NCBI GenBank assembly: GCA_030638785.1
Contig: DAOWDY010000212.1
Location: forward strand, 1-37,048
From: Candidatus Thorarchaeota archaeon
GTDB lineage: Archaea > Asgardarchaeota > Thorarchaeia > Thorarchaeales > Thorarchaeaceae
Direction of reading: 5' to 3'
Length of the DNA: 37,048 nucleotides
The notes under the pieces: generated by a model
What the model saw: the letters and a program-made list of their open reading frames with translations, nothing else
Told to the model about the DNA's origin: nothing
Database searches by the model: none
Part shown: piece after piece, positions 6,838 through 14,995 of the stretch
How the letters are laid out: every line of letters starts with the position of its first letter
Position numbering within the stretch: the stretch's first letter is position 1
Translations under genes and position numbers: made by a program

Positions 6838-7821
6838 ATGGAAATGGACCAAATAGACAAGAACATAATTGGGCATCTTCTTGCCTGTTCAAGAAAATCA
6901 TTCAGAAGCATAGCAGACAATTTGGGTGTTTCATGCCCAACAGTCAAAAAACGAGTAGAACGTCTTCGTCAGTTTGGAGTTATTCAACGGTTCTCAGTCG
7001 AGATGTCACATGAAACATTTGGAACTAAATGGGTTGCTGCCAAAATCCAGACCAATGGTAGAGAAGATAAGAGTGTGCTACTGAATCAATTTGATGAAAA
7101 CGAGTGCATCCGTGAAGTCCTCTCATTTGGGAATGGAGGATACTTGCTTTTTGCTGAGGTGACACCCAATGAGAAATCCAGTTGCAGAGATTATCTCGAT
7201 TCACTTGAAGGTATGGAGTCTACAGAAGTTTCTTACATCAAGCAAATCCCGAGTAACACAGTAGGTGGTCAATGTAAATACACTACAAAAGGAGGCAAGG
7301 TAGAAATCTCTTCAGATCATCTCAAGCTTCTATGGCACCTCGTGAAGAACTCCAGGCTCCCAGCCAATCATCTTTCTCGTCTGACTGGATATTCCATCAA
7401 CGATGTACGAAGGGTTCTCAAACAAATTCTTGAACATCCAGGAATTCATTTCACAGTTCAGCTCAATCTTGCATCATGCGGAGAACTAAACTTTATCCTT
7501 ATGTTTGATCATGATGGAACAGACACACCAGAAAACATCGCCGATCAATTAAGTAGTAAGCATCCACAAGAGCATTGGTTCTCTATGAAAGCTCTTGAAA
7601 AGGACTCCATGATGACCTATATGACTGCAAATAATCTTGGAAAGGTTGAGGAGATTATTGAGCATTCACGAGCGATTCCGACGACTTCAAAAGTTGATGC
7701 AAAGATTATCTATAGCGTTCTGAAATCCGAACCCAGAAGCGAGAAATTCATCAGAGATTATGCACTAGACCACGTTGAAGGGATTTCCAAAGAACCAAGG
7801 AAACGTTACTCAGGTTTCTAA
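6838..7821 (+). CDS. Tandem-Lrp/AsnC-like protein (two HTH + RAM-like modules), paralog A
   Basis: Module 1: DKNIIGHLLACSRKSFRSIADNLGVSCPTVKKRVERLRQFGVIQRFSVE. Module 2: LKLLWHLVKNSRLPANHLSRLTGYSINDVRRVLKQILE. AGGTG Shine-Dalgarno at 6831-6835. The start is ATG 6838 or 6844 (MDQIDK, matching the paralogs). Confidence 0.8.
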   Translation: MEMDQIDKNIIGHLLACSRKSFRSIADNLGVSCPTVKKRVERLRQFGVIQRFSVEMSHETFGTKWVAAKIQTNGREDKSVLLNQFDENECIREVLSFGNGGYLLFAEVTPNEKSSCRDYLDSLEGMESTEVSYIKQIPSNTVGGQCKYTTKGGKVEISSDHLKLLWHLVKNSRLPANHLSRLTGYSINDVRRVLKQILEHPGIHFTVQLNLASCGELNFILMFDHDGTDTPENIADQLSSKHPQEHWFSMKALEKDSMMTYMTANNLGKVEEIIEHSRAIPTTSKVDAKIIYSVLKSEPRSEKFIRDYALDHVEGISKEPRKRYSGF

Positions 7822-7823
7822 AT

Positions 7824-8765
7824 TCACAACTTCTTGAGAGCCAATAACTCCATGAGCTTGGTACGTCCCAAACTTTGGAATATTCTGTTTGGATACTTGA
7901 TGATTGGTTCTACGGATTTCACAAAAGATGAATCCCGAACTTTGTCAGTTATCATTTCGATTGCAGTGAGATTCTTAACCGAGAAGTAATTTCGAATAAC
8001 GGGAGCTCTCACTAATTGCCAAGAATTCCAATATTCAAAATTAAAGTTGCTTTCAAGAAATGTAACGACGTTTCTGGGAGTAACTTTTTCTTCGTCAATC
8101 TCAAGCTCAAGGTAGAAGTCAGTATTCCCTCCTGAACTAGGAGCAAGATAAAGTGTGAAGTATATAGCCCTACCCTCACGAAGATATTGAATTTTCTGTC
8201 TAATGCTCTTTGGAGTATATCCAGTTTCACGAGATATCTCAGTTGTTGACATCCTAGCATCTCTAGCTAGACATCTAAGTATCTTGAGGTGCTTCAACGT
8301 AAGTTCCATTTTACTTCCAGATGAAAGAAGTCCTGCAGTTGTTATCTCAGAATTGTCAACAGCAACCAAAGGTTCCATTCGAACCTCGCAGATACAAGAC
8401 AGCTTCCTGAAATAGCGACCGAGTTCATATGCATCTGCTGGGTTAAGGATATTACAAAAAACAAGAAACTTACTCCCGGTAAGACGATTTATTGTGAATA
8501 CCATTTTTTGTTTGGAGATCGCCTTGATAAGAGCTTCAGTAGTTTCTGTACCGTCTGTATCGAGCTCTATCCAGTACCATTCGTAACCAACCATCTCGCG
8601 ACTCAGTTCAACAACAAAACGATCAATCACACCAATATCCACAAGGCGGTCCACGCGCTTCTTAATTGCAGCTCTTGTCAGTCCAACCTTTTGACCTAGT
8701 TCTTCATAGGATGCTCTACAATTTGCATTCAAATCAAGTAGAATCCTTTTGTCAACTAAGTCCAT
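7824..8765 (-). CDS. Tandem-Lrp/AsnC-like protein, paralog B
   Basis: MDLVDKRILLDLNANCRASYEELGQKVGLTRAAIKKRVDRLVDIGVIDRF plus a second HTH LKILRCLARDARMSTTEISRETGYTPKSIRQKIQYL. ATG at 8765 (the ORF is open to a TTG at 8771). Its stop is 2 nt from the stop of paralog A (convergent). Confidence 0.8.
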   Translation of the reverse strand: MDLVDKRILLDLNANCRASYEELGQKVGLTRAAIKKRVDRLVDIGVIDRFVVELSREMVGYEWYWIELDTDGTETTEALIKAISKQKMVFTINRLTGSKFLVFCNILNPADAYELGRYFRKLSCICEVRMEPLVAVDNSEITTAGLLSSGSKMELTLKHLKILRCLARDARMSTTEISRETGYTPKSIRQKIQYLREGRAIYFTLYLAPSSGGNTDFYLELEIDEEKVTPRNVVTFLESNFNFEYWNSWQLVRAPVIRNYFSVKNLTAIEMITDKVRDSSFVKSVEPIIKYPNRIFQSLGRTKLMELLALKKL

Positions 8766-8906
8766 ACACAAACATCCAGGCTCTTAGAATATAATGCTAG
8801 TTCTATGTAAATCAAACTAAAACGTGTATATGCACATAATTACTGCAATGTGTGTCAGATCTTCTCAGTACACACCGAAAGCGGGTAAGTGGCCATATGT
8901 TAAGGT

Positions 8907-8922
8907 ATGCTCTATAGAGCAT
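8907..8922. promoter_or_regulatory. Perfect 16-bp palindrome in a divergent intergenic region (operator candidate)
   Basis: ATGCTCTATAGAGCAT, between tandem-Lrp B (minus strand) and the thioredoxin-fold gene (plus strand). Confidence 0.3.
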
Positions 8923-9084
8923 GTAGAAGAAACGTAGAGGGGGTTTTGAAAAGCATATTCAAACTCCCAGCAAATCAAAGAATGGCATCGGTGGCATCCT
9001 CAGGCCTTAACAACGCAATCTAGAAGCGAAGAATCTCACTATGTTCTATTATATTGGAATTTCATACATGATTCTTTGATTGAG

Positions 9085-9423
9085 ATGACGATAAGAATGG
9101 AATCAACCTGCACTGAATATCCTGAAGAGATTACAACATGCGGACGCAATGGGTGCGTTGTTATATACACTGGAGACAACTGTGCATTCTGTGATACAGC
9201 ATTCGAAACCCTGAAAGATGTCCTTTCGGATTTTGGTCTCAGCTCCTCCGTCATCTCAGAGGTCAATGTGACATCCGGAATCCAATGTGCATGTGATATT
9301 CCAGGCATTGTCACCCTGCCAACCATCAGGGTCTGCGACCAATTGATAACTGGTCTTCCACAGATTGATGAGGCAAGATCTTCTATAATGCATGCCATTC
9401 TCAAGGGCTGTTTCCCAATCTGA
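9085..9423 (+). CDS. Thioredoxin-fold (glutaredoxin-like) CxxC protein
   Basis: VVIYTGDNCAFCDTAFETLKDVL ... TLPTIRV..QLITG shows beta1-CxxC-helix and cis-Pro-type motifs. The start is uncertain (TTG 9076, ATG 9085 or ATG 9097). The opposite-strand ORF 9039-9404 has no recognisable features. Confidence 0.6.
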   Translation: MTIRMESTCTEYPEEITTCGRNGCVVIYTGDNCAFCDTAFETLKDVLSDFGLSSSVISEVNVTSGIQCACDIPGIVTLPTIRVCDQLITGLPQIDEARSSIMHAILKGCFPI

Positions 9424-9455
9424 TACTTCGGAAAATAGTGATTGGGTCACCTCTA

Positions 9456-10919
9456 CTATGCATCTACTTTGGGTATTTCGATATTCTTGAGAACCCTTTC
9501 AAATCTGCTCAGTGCATCATCAATGACATCGTTAGTGTCAGCTAGACTTGTGTACATTCGAGACCCTGCCAATGTCACGATACCTTCGGCCATGTAGGCG
9601 GCTCCCATCTCCTCCATGAAGTGCTGTCTTACTTTTATCTCTCTCAAAATGGATTTGATCTTCGGCAGGCTGATCTTGACAAACATGGTACCGGAGGTCT
9701 CCAAGTGACAGATTGCTCCCTGATTATACGCGACAAATGGTAACTTCAGATCTTCAATAATAGTTTCGAGACCTTTGTTCAAGCGATCTCCTACATTGCC
9801 TGCAATTTCACAGGCATTTGTTCTCTCAATTTCTTTTATTGCATAGTAACCCGCAGCTGAACTCATAGGATTCGCAGCCAGTGTTCCACCTACGTATGCT
9901 CTCTTTTTTCCGCCTTCGATTCCAGCTGCAAGATACTCCATGAGATCACGTCGTCCACCAAGACCTCCTGCAGCGGGATAACCACCCGCAACAACCTTTC
10001 CAAATGCTGTAAGATCGGGCTTTACCCCAAAGTATCCCTGTGCGCCTGATAGACCTATCCTTCCAAACGTCACTACCTCGTCAAAGATAAGTAGCGCATC
10101 AAACCGGTCACAGAGCTCTCTAATCTGTTGATTGTGGTCCTCATCAACTGGATAAGTCCCAGACTCTGGGCCCATTGGTTCGACAATGACTGCCGCAGTC
10201 CCACCCAGTGCTCTATTCCTTGACAGTTTCTTCCGCAGAGCGTTTATGTCGTTTGGATAGACTTCGTGAGTGTGCTTCCTGCATCCTCCAGGAATACCAT
10301 GAGCTTCGTAACTACCTGTACCAGGGATGTGCAAACCGTAGACCATCTGGTCGCTCCATCCATGATATGCACCACCCATCTTGATGACCTTCTTCTTACC
10401 TGAGGCTAATCGTGCTACACGGATAGCCCCCATCACTGACTCGGTTCCGCTTCCCAGCATACGGAACATCTCTATAGATGGCATGTGCTTGTTAATCTCT
10501 CTCGCTAACTTCAGTTCATATTCTGAGAACAGTCCAGTGACCGGACCTGACTCGTTGATGAGATGAATGATTTTCTCACGCACTGGTTGGTAGTTGTTCC
10601 CAAGAATAATGGGGCCGCCTGATTGTAAGAAGTCAATGTACTTATTCCCATCAGCATCCCAGAGAAATGCTCCATTAGCTTTCTCTATGACAATTGGGAA
10701 AGGATAGTTGAAAGCCAGATTATGTTGCGCGCCACCAGGAATGAACTTCTTAGCCTCAGTTATCATCTCCTTGGATTTCTTGCACTTCTCATCAAAGTGC
10801 TGTAGATATGCTGCCATAGCTCCTTCTTTGAATCCAAGTACTGGTAATTGCATTAGATTATCCAACTTGCGATAAATCTCAGAAGTATCATGATATTGCG
10901 AGATACTGAAGCTATTCAT
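9456..10919 (-). CDS. Class-III PLP-dependent aminotransferase/aminomutase (glutamate-1-semialdehyde aminomutase-like, non-canonical)
   Basis: PGGAQH..., LGSGTESVMGAIRVAR, GGAYHGW, LLIFDEVVTFGR, PDLTAFGKVVAGGYPAAG (PLP lysine context). At 487 aa it has a longer N-terminus than canonical HemL and lacks the PGGVNSPVRAF signature. Confidence 0.85.
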   Translation of the reverse strand: MNSFSISQYHDTSEIYRKLDNLMQLPVLGFKEGAMAAYLQHFDEKCKKSKEMITEAKKFIPGGAQHNLAFNYPFPIVIEKANGAFLWDADGNKYIDFLQSGGPIILGNNYQPVREKIIHLINESGPVTGLFSEYELKLAREINKHMPSIEMFRMLGSGTESVMGAIRVARLASGKKKVIKMGGAYHGWSDQMVYGLHIPGTGSYEAHGIPGGCRKHTHEVYPNDINALRKKLSRNRALGGTAAVIVEPMGPESGTYPVDEDHNQQIRELCDRFDALLIFDEVVTFGRIGLSGAQGYFGVKPDLTAFGKVVAGGYPAAGGLGGRRDLMEYLAAGIEGGKKRAYVGGTLAANPMSSAAGYYAIKEIERTNACEIAGNVGDRLNKGLETIIEDLKLPFVAYNQGAICHLETSGTMFVKISLPKIKSILREIKVRQHFMEEMGAAYMAEGIVTLAGSRMYTSLADTNDVIDDALSRFERVLKNIEIPKVDA

Positions 10920-10971
10920 TACTCATCACAATGCAAAGTGGAGATGCAGGGAAATGAAAAGACTTGTGGAT

Positions 10972-11889
10972 TCAAGTTGGGGGAAAATATCCTTCTCGTT
11001 CTAGCTCTTCTCTGAGTTCTGTCCGTCTTGGGGGGTCAAGTATGATTGAGTTATAATAGAGTAAAACTTCTGTATCCAGGATGCCCTTAATTTTACGGAG
11101 TTTTGTTATCACTTTCTCAACATCAATTAAATGCTCAATAGTAAAGACCGAGAAGAGAGTGGGTTCAATCGCGGAGAAATGGGACCGGAAATACTCTCTT
11201 GGAAAATGCTTTTCTATGAGAGATCCGAGATCCGTTCCAGTCATTACCTTGGTATCATATCCAATCTTCACAATGAAATCCATCTCATCCTCTTTATTGG
11301 GATTGTATTTGATTGCGAATTGAATCCCCCTTGACTCGACCATCTCGTCTAAGAGTCGTCGGACTCTCCTTGCTCCAAATCGTGTACGCTTCGCCAATTC
11401 CGAGATGGGCAATCGTGCATCATCCATTAGATAAGAAAGGATCTTTTTTTGTGCAGGTTTTAACTCGATGACACCGCCTCTATCACGAACTGTGGGATGG
11501 ATATCTGCATCTTCGACACCATGCAGACTTCTTAGAAATGTTGTAAGTTCGCTTAGGCCTTCGCTTCCCTGATACTCCGCATGAAGAATAAAAGCACCCG
11601 TCGTAAGAGGGGCTGAAACATACACCATGGGATTTGCGAGTACCTGTTCTACCAGTTCTTCTGGGTCTACTGATTTGTCAGGTTTAAGCACAATGAATGC
11701 TAGATCATAACCTGACATCTTCAGACTCTTTAGAACCATGAATTCTTCAACAGTACCATCATCAACCAATCTCTCAACTCTCATCCTCGCTGTCTTTGAA
11801 GTAACATTAGCAACCTTCCCTAGATAGGCATACGTCCTTCGATTATTCTTGATGAGTTCCTTTACGATTGCCTTGTCGATTGGGTCCAA
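10972..11889 (-). CDS. Tandem-Lrp/AsnC-like protein, paralog C
   Basis: (TTG)DPIDKAIVKELIKNNRRTYAYLGKVANVTSKTARMRVERLVDDGTVEEF plus a second HTH KKILSYLMDDARLPISELAKRTRFGARRVRRLLDEM. TTG start with GAGGGA ~9 nt upstream. It lies 52 nt upstream of, and co-directional with, the aminotransferase. Confidence 0.75.
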   Translation of the reverse strand: MDPIDKAIVKELIKNNRRTYAYLGKVANVTSKTARMRVERLVDDGTVEEFMVLKSLKMSGYDLAFIVLKPDKSVDPEELVEQVLANPMVYVSAPLTTGAFILHAEYQGSEGLSELTTFLRSLHGVEDADIHPTVRDRGGVIELKPAQKKILSYLMDDARLPISELAKRTRFGARRVRRLLDEMVESRGIQFAIKYNPNKEDEMDFIVKIGYDTKVMTGTDLGSLIEKHFPREYFRSHFSAIEPTLFSVFTIEHLIDVEKVITKLRKIKGILDTEVLLYYNSIILDPPRRTELREELEREGYFPPT

Positions 11890-12038
11890 GGATTCTTTCC
11901 CTCGATCTGTATGATTGGTTTAAGGAGTGGAATGGGATATATAGAATCTGTCGGTCTCATCAATCAATCATTTAGCTCGCCAATATTGAGAGAAGCAAAG
12001 ATAGCAAGGTATTGGTCGAAATATAATCGGTAATTCCT

Positions 12039-12833
12039 ATGAATCAATTAGCTGAAATTACAATCAAGAAAGCAGAAATCAAAGACGCTGATATCCTTAC
12101 AGAAACGTGCAAGAAATCATATGATTCTGACTCAGAGGTAGGAGCACCTGGTCCAGGGGGCCCTCCGGGTTATGACTCACTTGACTGGAATTTGGACAAA
12201 ATTAAGAATAGATATTTACAATATCATAAAATTCTCAATGGAGATGAAATCGTTGGAGGATTCATTGTCGGAGATAGAGGTCCTGGATATCAAGTGTGTG
12301 AGAGGATTTGGGTGGACCCTGACTATATGAGAAAGGGCATAGGGGCGAGAACCTTTCATCTAATCTTGGATACATACCCCTCGGCGGATCTATGGGCATT
12401 GGGAACTCCAGAATGGAATACAAGAACAAATCCATTCTATCAGAAAATTGGTTTTGTTCAGATAGGAACAACGCACGAGCACTCATGGAATGGAGTGTAC
12501 TACGAAAAGAGGATTACAGACGGATTCCCAAAAGCCATGTCAATAATTGGAGACCTTCACAACGGTCATCAGAGGGTATTAGTTGACGCCCGAGTTGATA
12601 ATATCTCAAGTCCACGCACAGTTATTTCTAGAAAAACAGGTGAAGAACTGAAGGTAGCTGATCTAGTACTATCAGATGACACAGGTTCTATCAAACTTGT
12701 ACTCTGGAATGATCACATAAGACAGGTCAAAGCTAATACTAACATCCGAATTGAGGAAGGTTATGTGAAAGAATTTAGAGATGAACTCCAGCTGAGTATC
12801 GGTAAGTGGGGAACGATAATCACATTGCTATGA
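12039..12833 (+). CDS. GNAT acetyltransferase fused to an SSB-type OB fold
   Basis: The N-terminal ~160 aa carry GNAT motif ERIWVDPDYMRKGIGARTF. The C-terminal ~95 aa (nt ~12534-12833) align without gaps to the ssb OB domain (VAD..V.D.TG.I...LW.D.I ... GY...F...L.L.IGK.G). Confidence 0.75.
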   Translation: MNQLAEITIKKAEIKDADILTETCKKSYDSDSEVGAPGPGGPPGYDSLDWNLDKIKNRYLQYHKILNGDEIVGGFIVGDRGPGYQVCERIWVDPDYMRKGIGARTFHLILDTYPSADLWALGTPEWNTRTNPFYQKIGFVQIGTTHEHSWNGVYYEKRITDGFPKAMSIIGDLHNGHQRVLVDARVDNISSPRTVISRKTGEELKVADLVLSDDTGSIKLVLWNDHIRQVKANTNIRIEEGYVKEFRDELQLSIGKWGTIITLL

Positions 12834-13055
12834 ACGGAGTAGTACATTCATGCTCGAAAGTGAACGTTTAATACAAAATAGACTGAGTATTACTTGACGA
12901 AAATGTCGCGAGGATATACTACATTCCCGAATTGGTTCCACATTAGTGGAAACTAATTTGAGAGTCTTCCTCGTGATGCCTGCTTCTTCTTTTTGGTGGT
13001 CCTCTCGGGGAAGAGGACTCAGGGTTTAGTACATTCCTCATGGAGGTAAAAGAAA

Positions 13056-13247
13056 ATGTCAGGTCGTGTATCACGAAAAAGAAAGCGAAAAGTCAGACGC
13101 CAAATGATGAAGGATGAAATCAGATGCTGTGTAAGTGTATTCGAGGAGTTCATCTACAGCTCTGACGGCAAGTCTCGTTTTATTGATCGTGGGTATAATA
13201 GACCGACATGGGATGGTATTCCCATAGATAGTAAAATTCGGCCATGA
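13056..13247 (+). CDS. Small basic hypothetical protein
   Basis: 63 aa. Strong GGAGGT Shine-Dalgarno 8 nt upstream of the ATG. N-terminal basic cluster SRKRKRKVRRQ. No recognisable domain. Confidence 0.4.
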   Translation: MSGRVSRKRKRKVRRQMMKDEIRCCVSVFEEFIYSSDGKSRFIDRGYNRPTWDGIPIDSKIRP

Positions 13248-13292
13248 ATTGAAAGAAATGAGATTTGAACTACTAGTTTAGATTTACTAAGT

Positions 13293-13322
13293 GCTGCTGG
13301 TTATCTTAATGTAGCCAGCAGC
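13293..13322. terminator. Hairpin between convergent genes (small basic ORF and WGR gene)
   Basis: GCTGCTGG (13293-13300) and CCAGCAGC (13315-13322), an 8-bp stem with a 14-nt loop. No clear T-tract. Confidence 0.35.
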
Positions 13323-13350
13323 TACAGTTTCTCTCACACAGGAGAGATAC

Positions 13351-13569
13351 TCAAATCTCAACTAGTTTGAAACCTTCCTCGATTTTGGCTTGTAGTCTTT
13401 GATCAACAAAATGTTCGGCTTCTGCTTGACTTACAAATTCACGGGCAGCTCGAGTTCCGTTTCTTCCTATTTTTCCAAAATGGAATGTAACTGCTTTTCC
13501 TCTAATCTCAGCTGACCAGAAATCCGTATTACTTTCATAGCGGCCAGTGTTTATGATTTTCGAACTCAT
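13351..13569 (-). CDS. Stand-alone WGR-domain protein
   Basis: 72 aa from ATG 13569: FWSAEIRGKAVTFHFGKIGRNGTRAAREFVSQAEAEHFVDQRLQAKIEEGFKLV fits the WGR pattern (here F-G-K in place of W-G-R). The upstream ORF extension to 13704 runs through an AT-rich intergenic region. Confidence 0.7.
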   Translation of the reverse strand: MSSKIINTGRYESNTDFWSAEIRGKAVTFHFGKIGRNGTRAAREFVSQAEAEHFVDQRLQAKIEEGFKLVEI

Positions 13570-13743
13570 AATTGCAGTCTTCTGTTTTACCGTTTCTATA
13601 CATATAACCACTACTCTGAGATAATATTCTGGATTATATACAAGATAGTTAGGGGAATAAATGATACGGAATAATATTAGTATAGGTAATAAAAAAATTA
13701 ACATGCTAGAATGTTTCTATTCATTGTAGTAGGAGCTGTACTG

Positions 13744-14988
13744 ATGCCAAACGAGTCAGATGGTACAAAGGGCAGGGGAATCTTTCAGCGAATTGACCAT
13801 CTTCTTTTCAAACCACATCAGGAGATTAAGGGTTCAAGGATGCGACAGCAGGCACAATACTTATCGATATTACTTTTAGTTGCCGTTCCAGTATTTGCAT
13901 TCGCACAATTAGTCAGCGACCTTACGATTAATCTCACATACCTAGCTATATCGATGAGTTATCTGGCTTGCTATTTTCTTAGCAGAACCAGATTCTATCA
14001 CATCACATCTGGGATAACTGTCATTGCGTCAAGTTTGTTACCTATTGCTCTATTCGTGCTAGGTAGTGATTGGGTACCTTATGACTTACCTAGAATACTG
14101 GTATGGGTTACTTTGAGTATTCTAATGGGAGCGCTCTTTATCCGACCAAGATATGTTATCTTGCAGTTCACCATAATTTCTTTAGTTCTCCTCTATTTCA
14201 GCTTGCTTCATTTTGCTATGCCATGGTATGATATTGCAGAATTCTTTGCTACAGAATTTCTAATAGCGGTGCTTATCATTATATCAGCAGTGATGGTTCA
14301 CAATTATGCTGACAGAACACAAGTACAGACTGCAGACTTGGAAAAGAGAAGATGGGAATTAGAGGTATATTCTCAGCTTCTTCGTCACGATATTAGAAAT
14401 GATCTTCAAATGCTATTGGGCTCTGTTGAACTTGCTGAAATGCTTTGTAATATCAATTCTGGAGATACACAAAGACAGTTGTCCACATCTTTAAAAATCG
14501 GACAGAGTATTGTCAGTCTACTCAATGCGTTTTCTGTATTTCCTGAGGACGTTGGGTTGAGTTTTGTTAGATTTCTTGAGAAGCTGTCATTGCAAGCAAA
14601 AGAGGGCTATGAGAATCTTGAGATCACGATAAAGTCAACAGCCCGAGCCAGACAACTTGATTGCGCTCGAAGTAGACTAATGCCAATGGTTTGGATGAAC
14701 ATTTTTCGAAATGCAGCTCAACACGCAGGTCCTGAACCAAAGGTTCTCGTTTCGATTGAAGTTCAAGAAGATTCGTTCTACATTACTGTAGCTGACAATG
14801 GACCTGGAATCTGTGATGAAGATGCGAAGTGGTTATTTGTCAGAGGAAATCGGGAAGGTCAGGAAAATCGTGGATTGGGTTTGTACCTAGCTAAAACAAT
14901 CATCGAATCTCATGGAGGTACGATCGAGCTCATCGACAATGTTGGGTGTAAGATTGGCGTGCGATTACCACTACAACTGCAAGTGTAA
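13744..14988 (+). CDS. Membrane sensor histidine kinase (about six TM helices, HisKA-like H-box, HATPase)
   Basis: H-box LLRHDIRNDL, N-box MNIFRNAAQHAG, G1 VADNGPGI, G2 GLGLYLAKTIIESHGGTIEL. Six hydrophobic segments in the N-terminal half. AGGAG Shine-Dalgarno 8 nt upstream of ATG 13744 (the ORF is open from 13711). Confidence 0.85.
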   Translation: MPNESDGTKGRGIFQRIDHLLFKPHQEIKGSRMRQQAQYLSILLLVAVPVFAFAQLVSDLTINLTYLAISMSYLACYFLSRTRFYHITSGITVIASSLLPIALFVLGSDWVPYDLPRILVWVTLSILMGALFIRPRYVILQFTIISLVLLYFSLLHFAMPWYDIAEFFATEFLIAVLIIISAVMVHNYADRTQVQTADLEKRRWELEVYSQLLRHDIRNDLQMLLGSVELAEMLCNINSGDTQRQLSTSLKIGQSIVSLLNAFSVFPEDVGLSFVRFLEKLSLQAKEGYENLEITIKSTARARQLDCARSRLMPMVWMNIFRNAAQHAGPEPKVLVSIEVQEDSFYITVADNGPGICDEDAKWLFVRGNREGQENRGLGLYLAKTIIESHGGTIELIDNVGCKIGVRLPLQLQV

Positions 14989-14995
14989 TATAACA

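Noticed and set aside
9039-9450. Minus-strand ORFs 9039-9404 and 9256-9450 opposite the thioredoxin-fold gene
   Set aside because: They have no recognisable motif, while the plus-strand frame has a CxxC/cis-Pro thioredoxin-fold pattern. They are treated as shadow ORFs.
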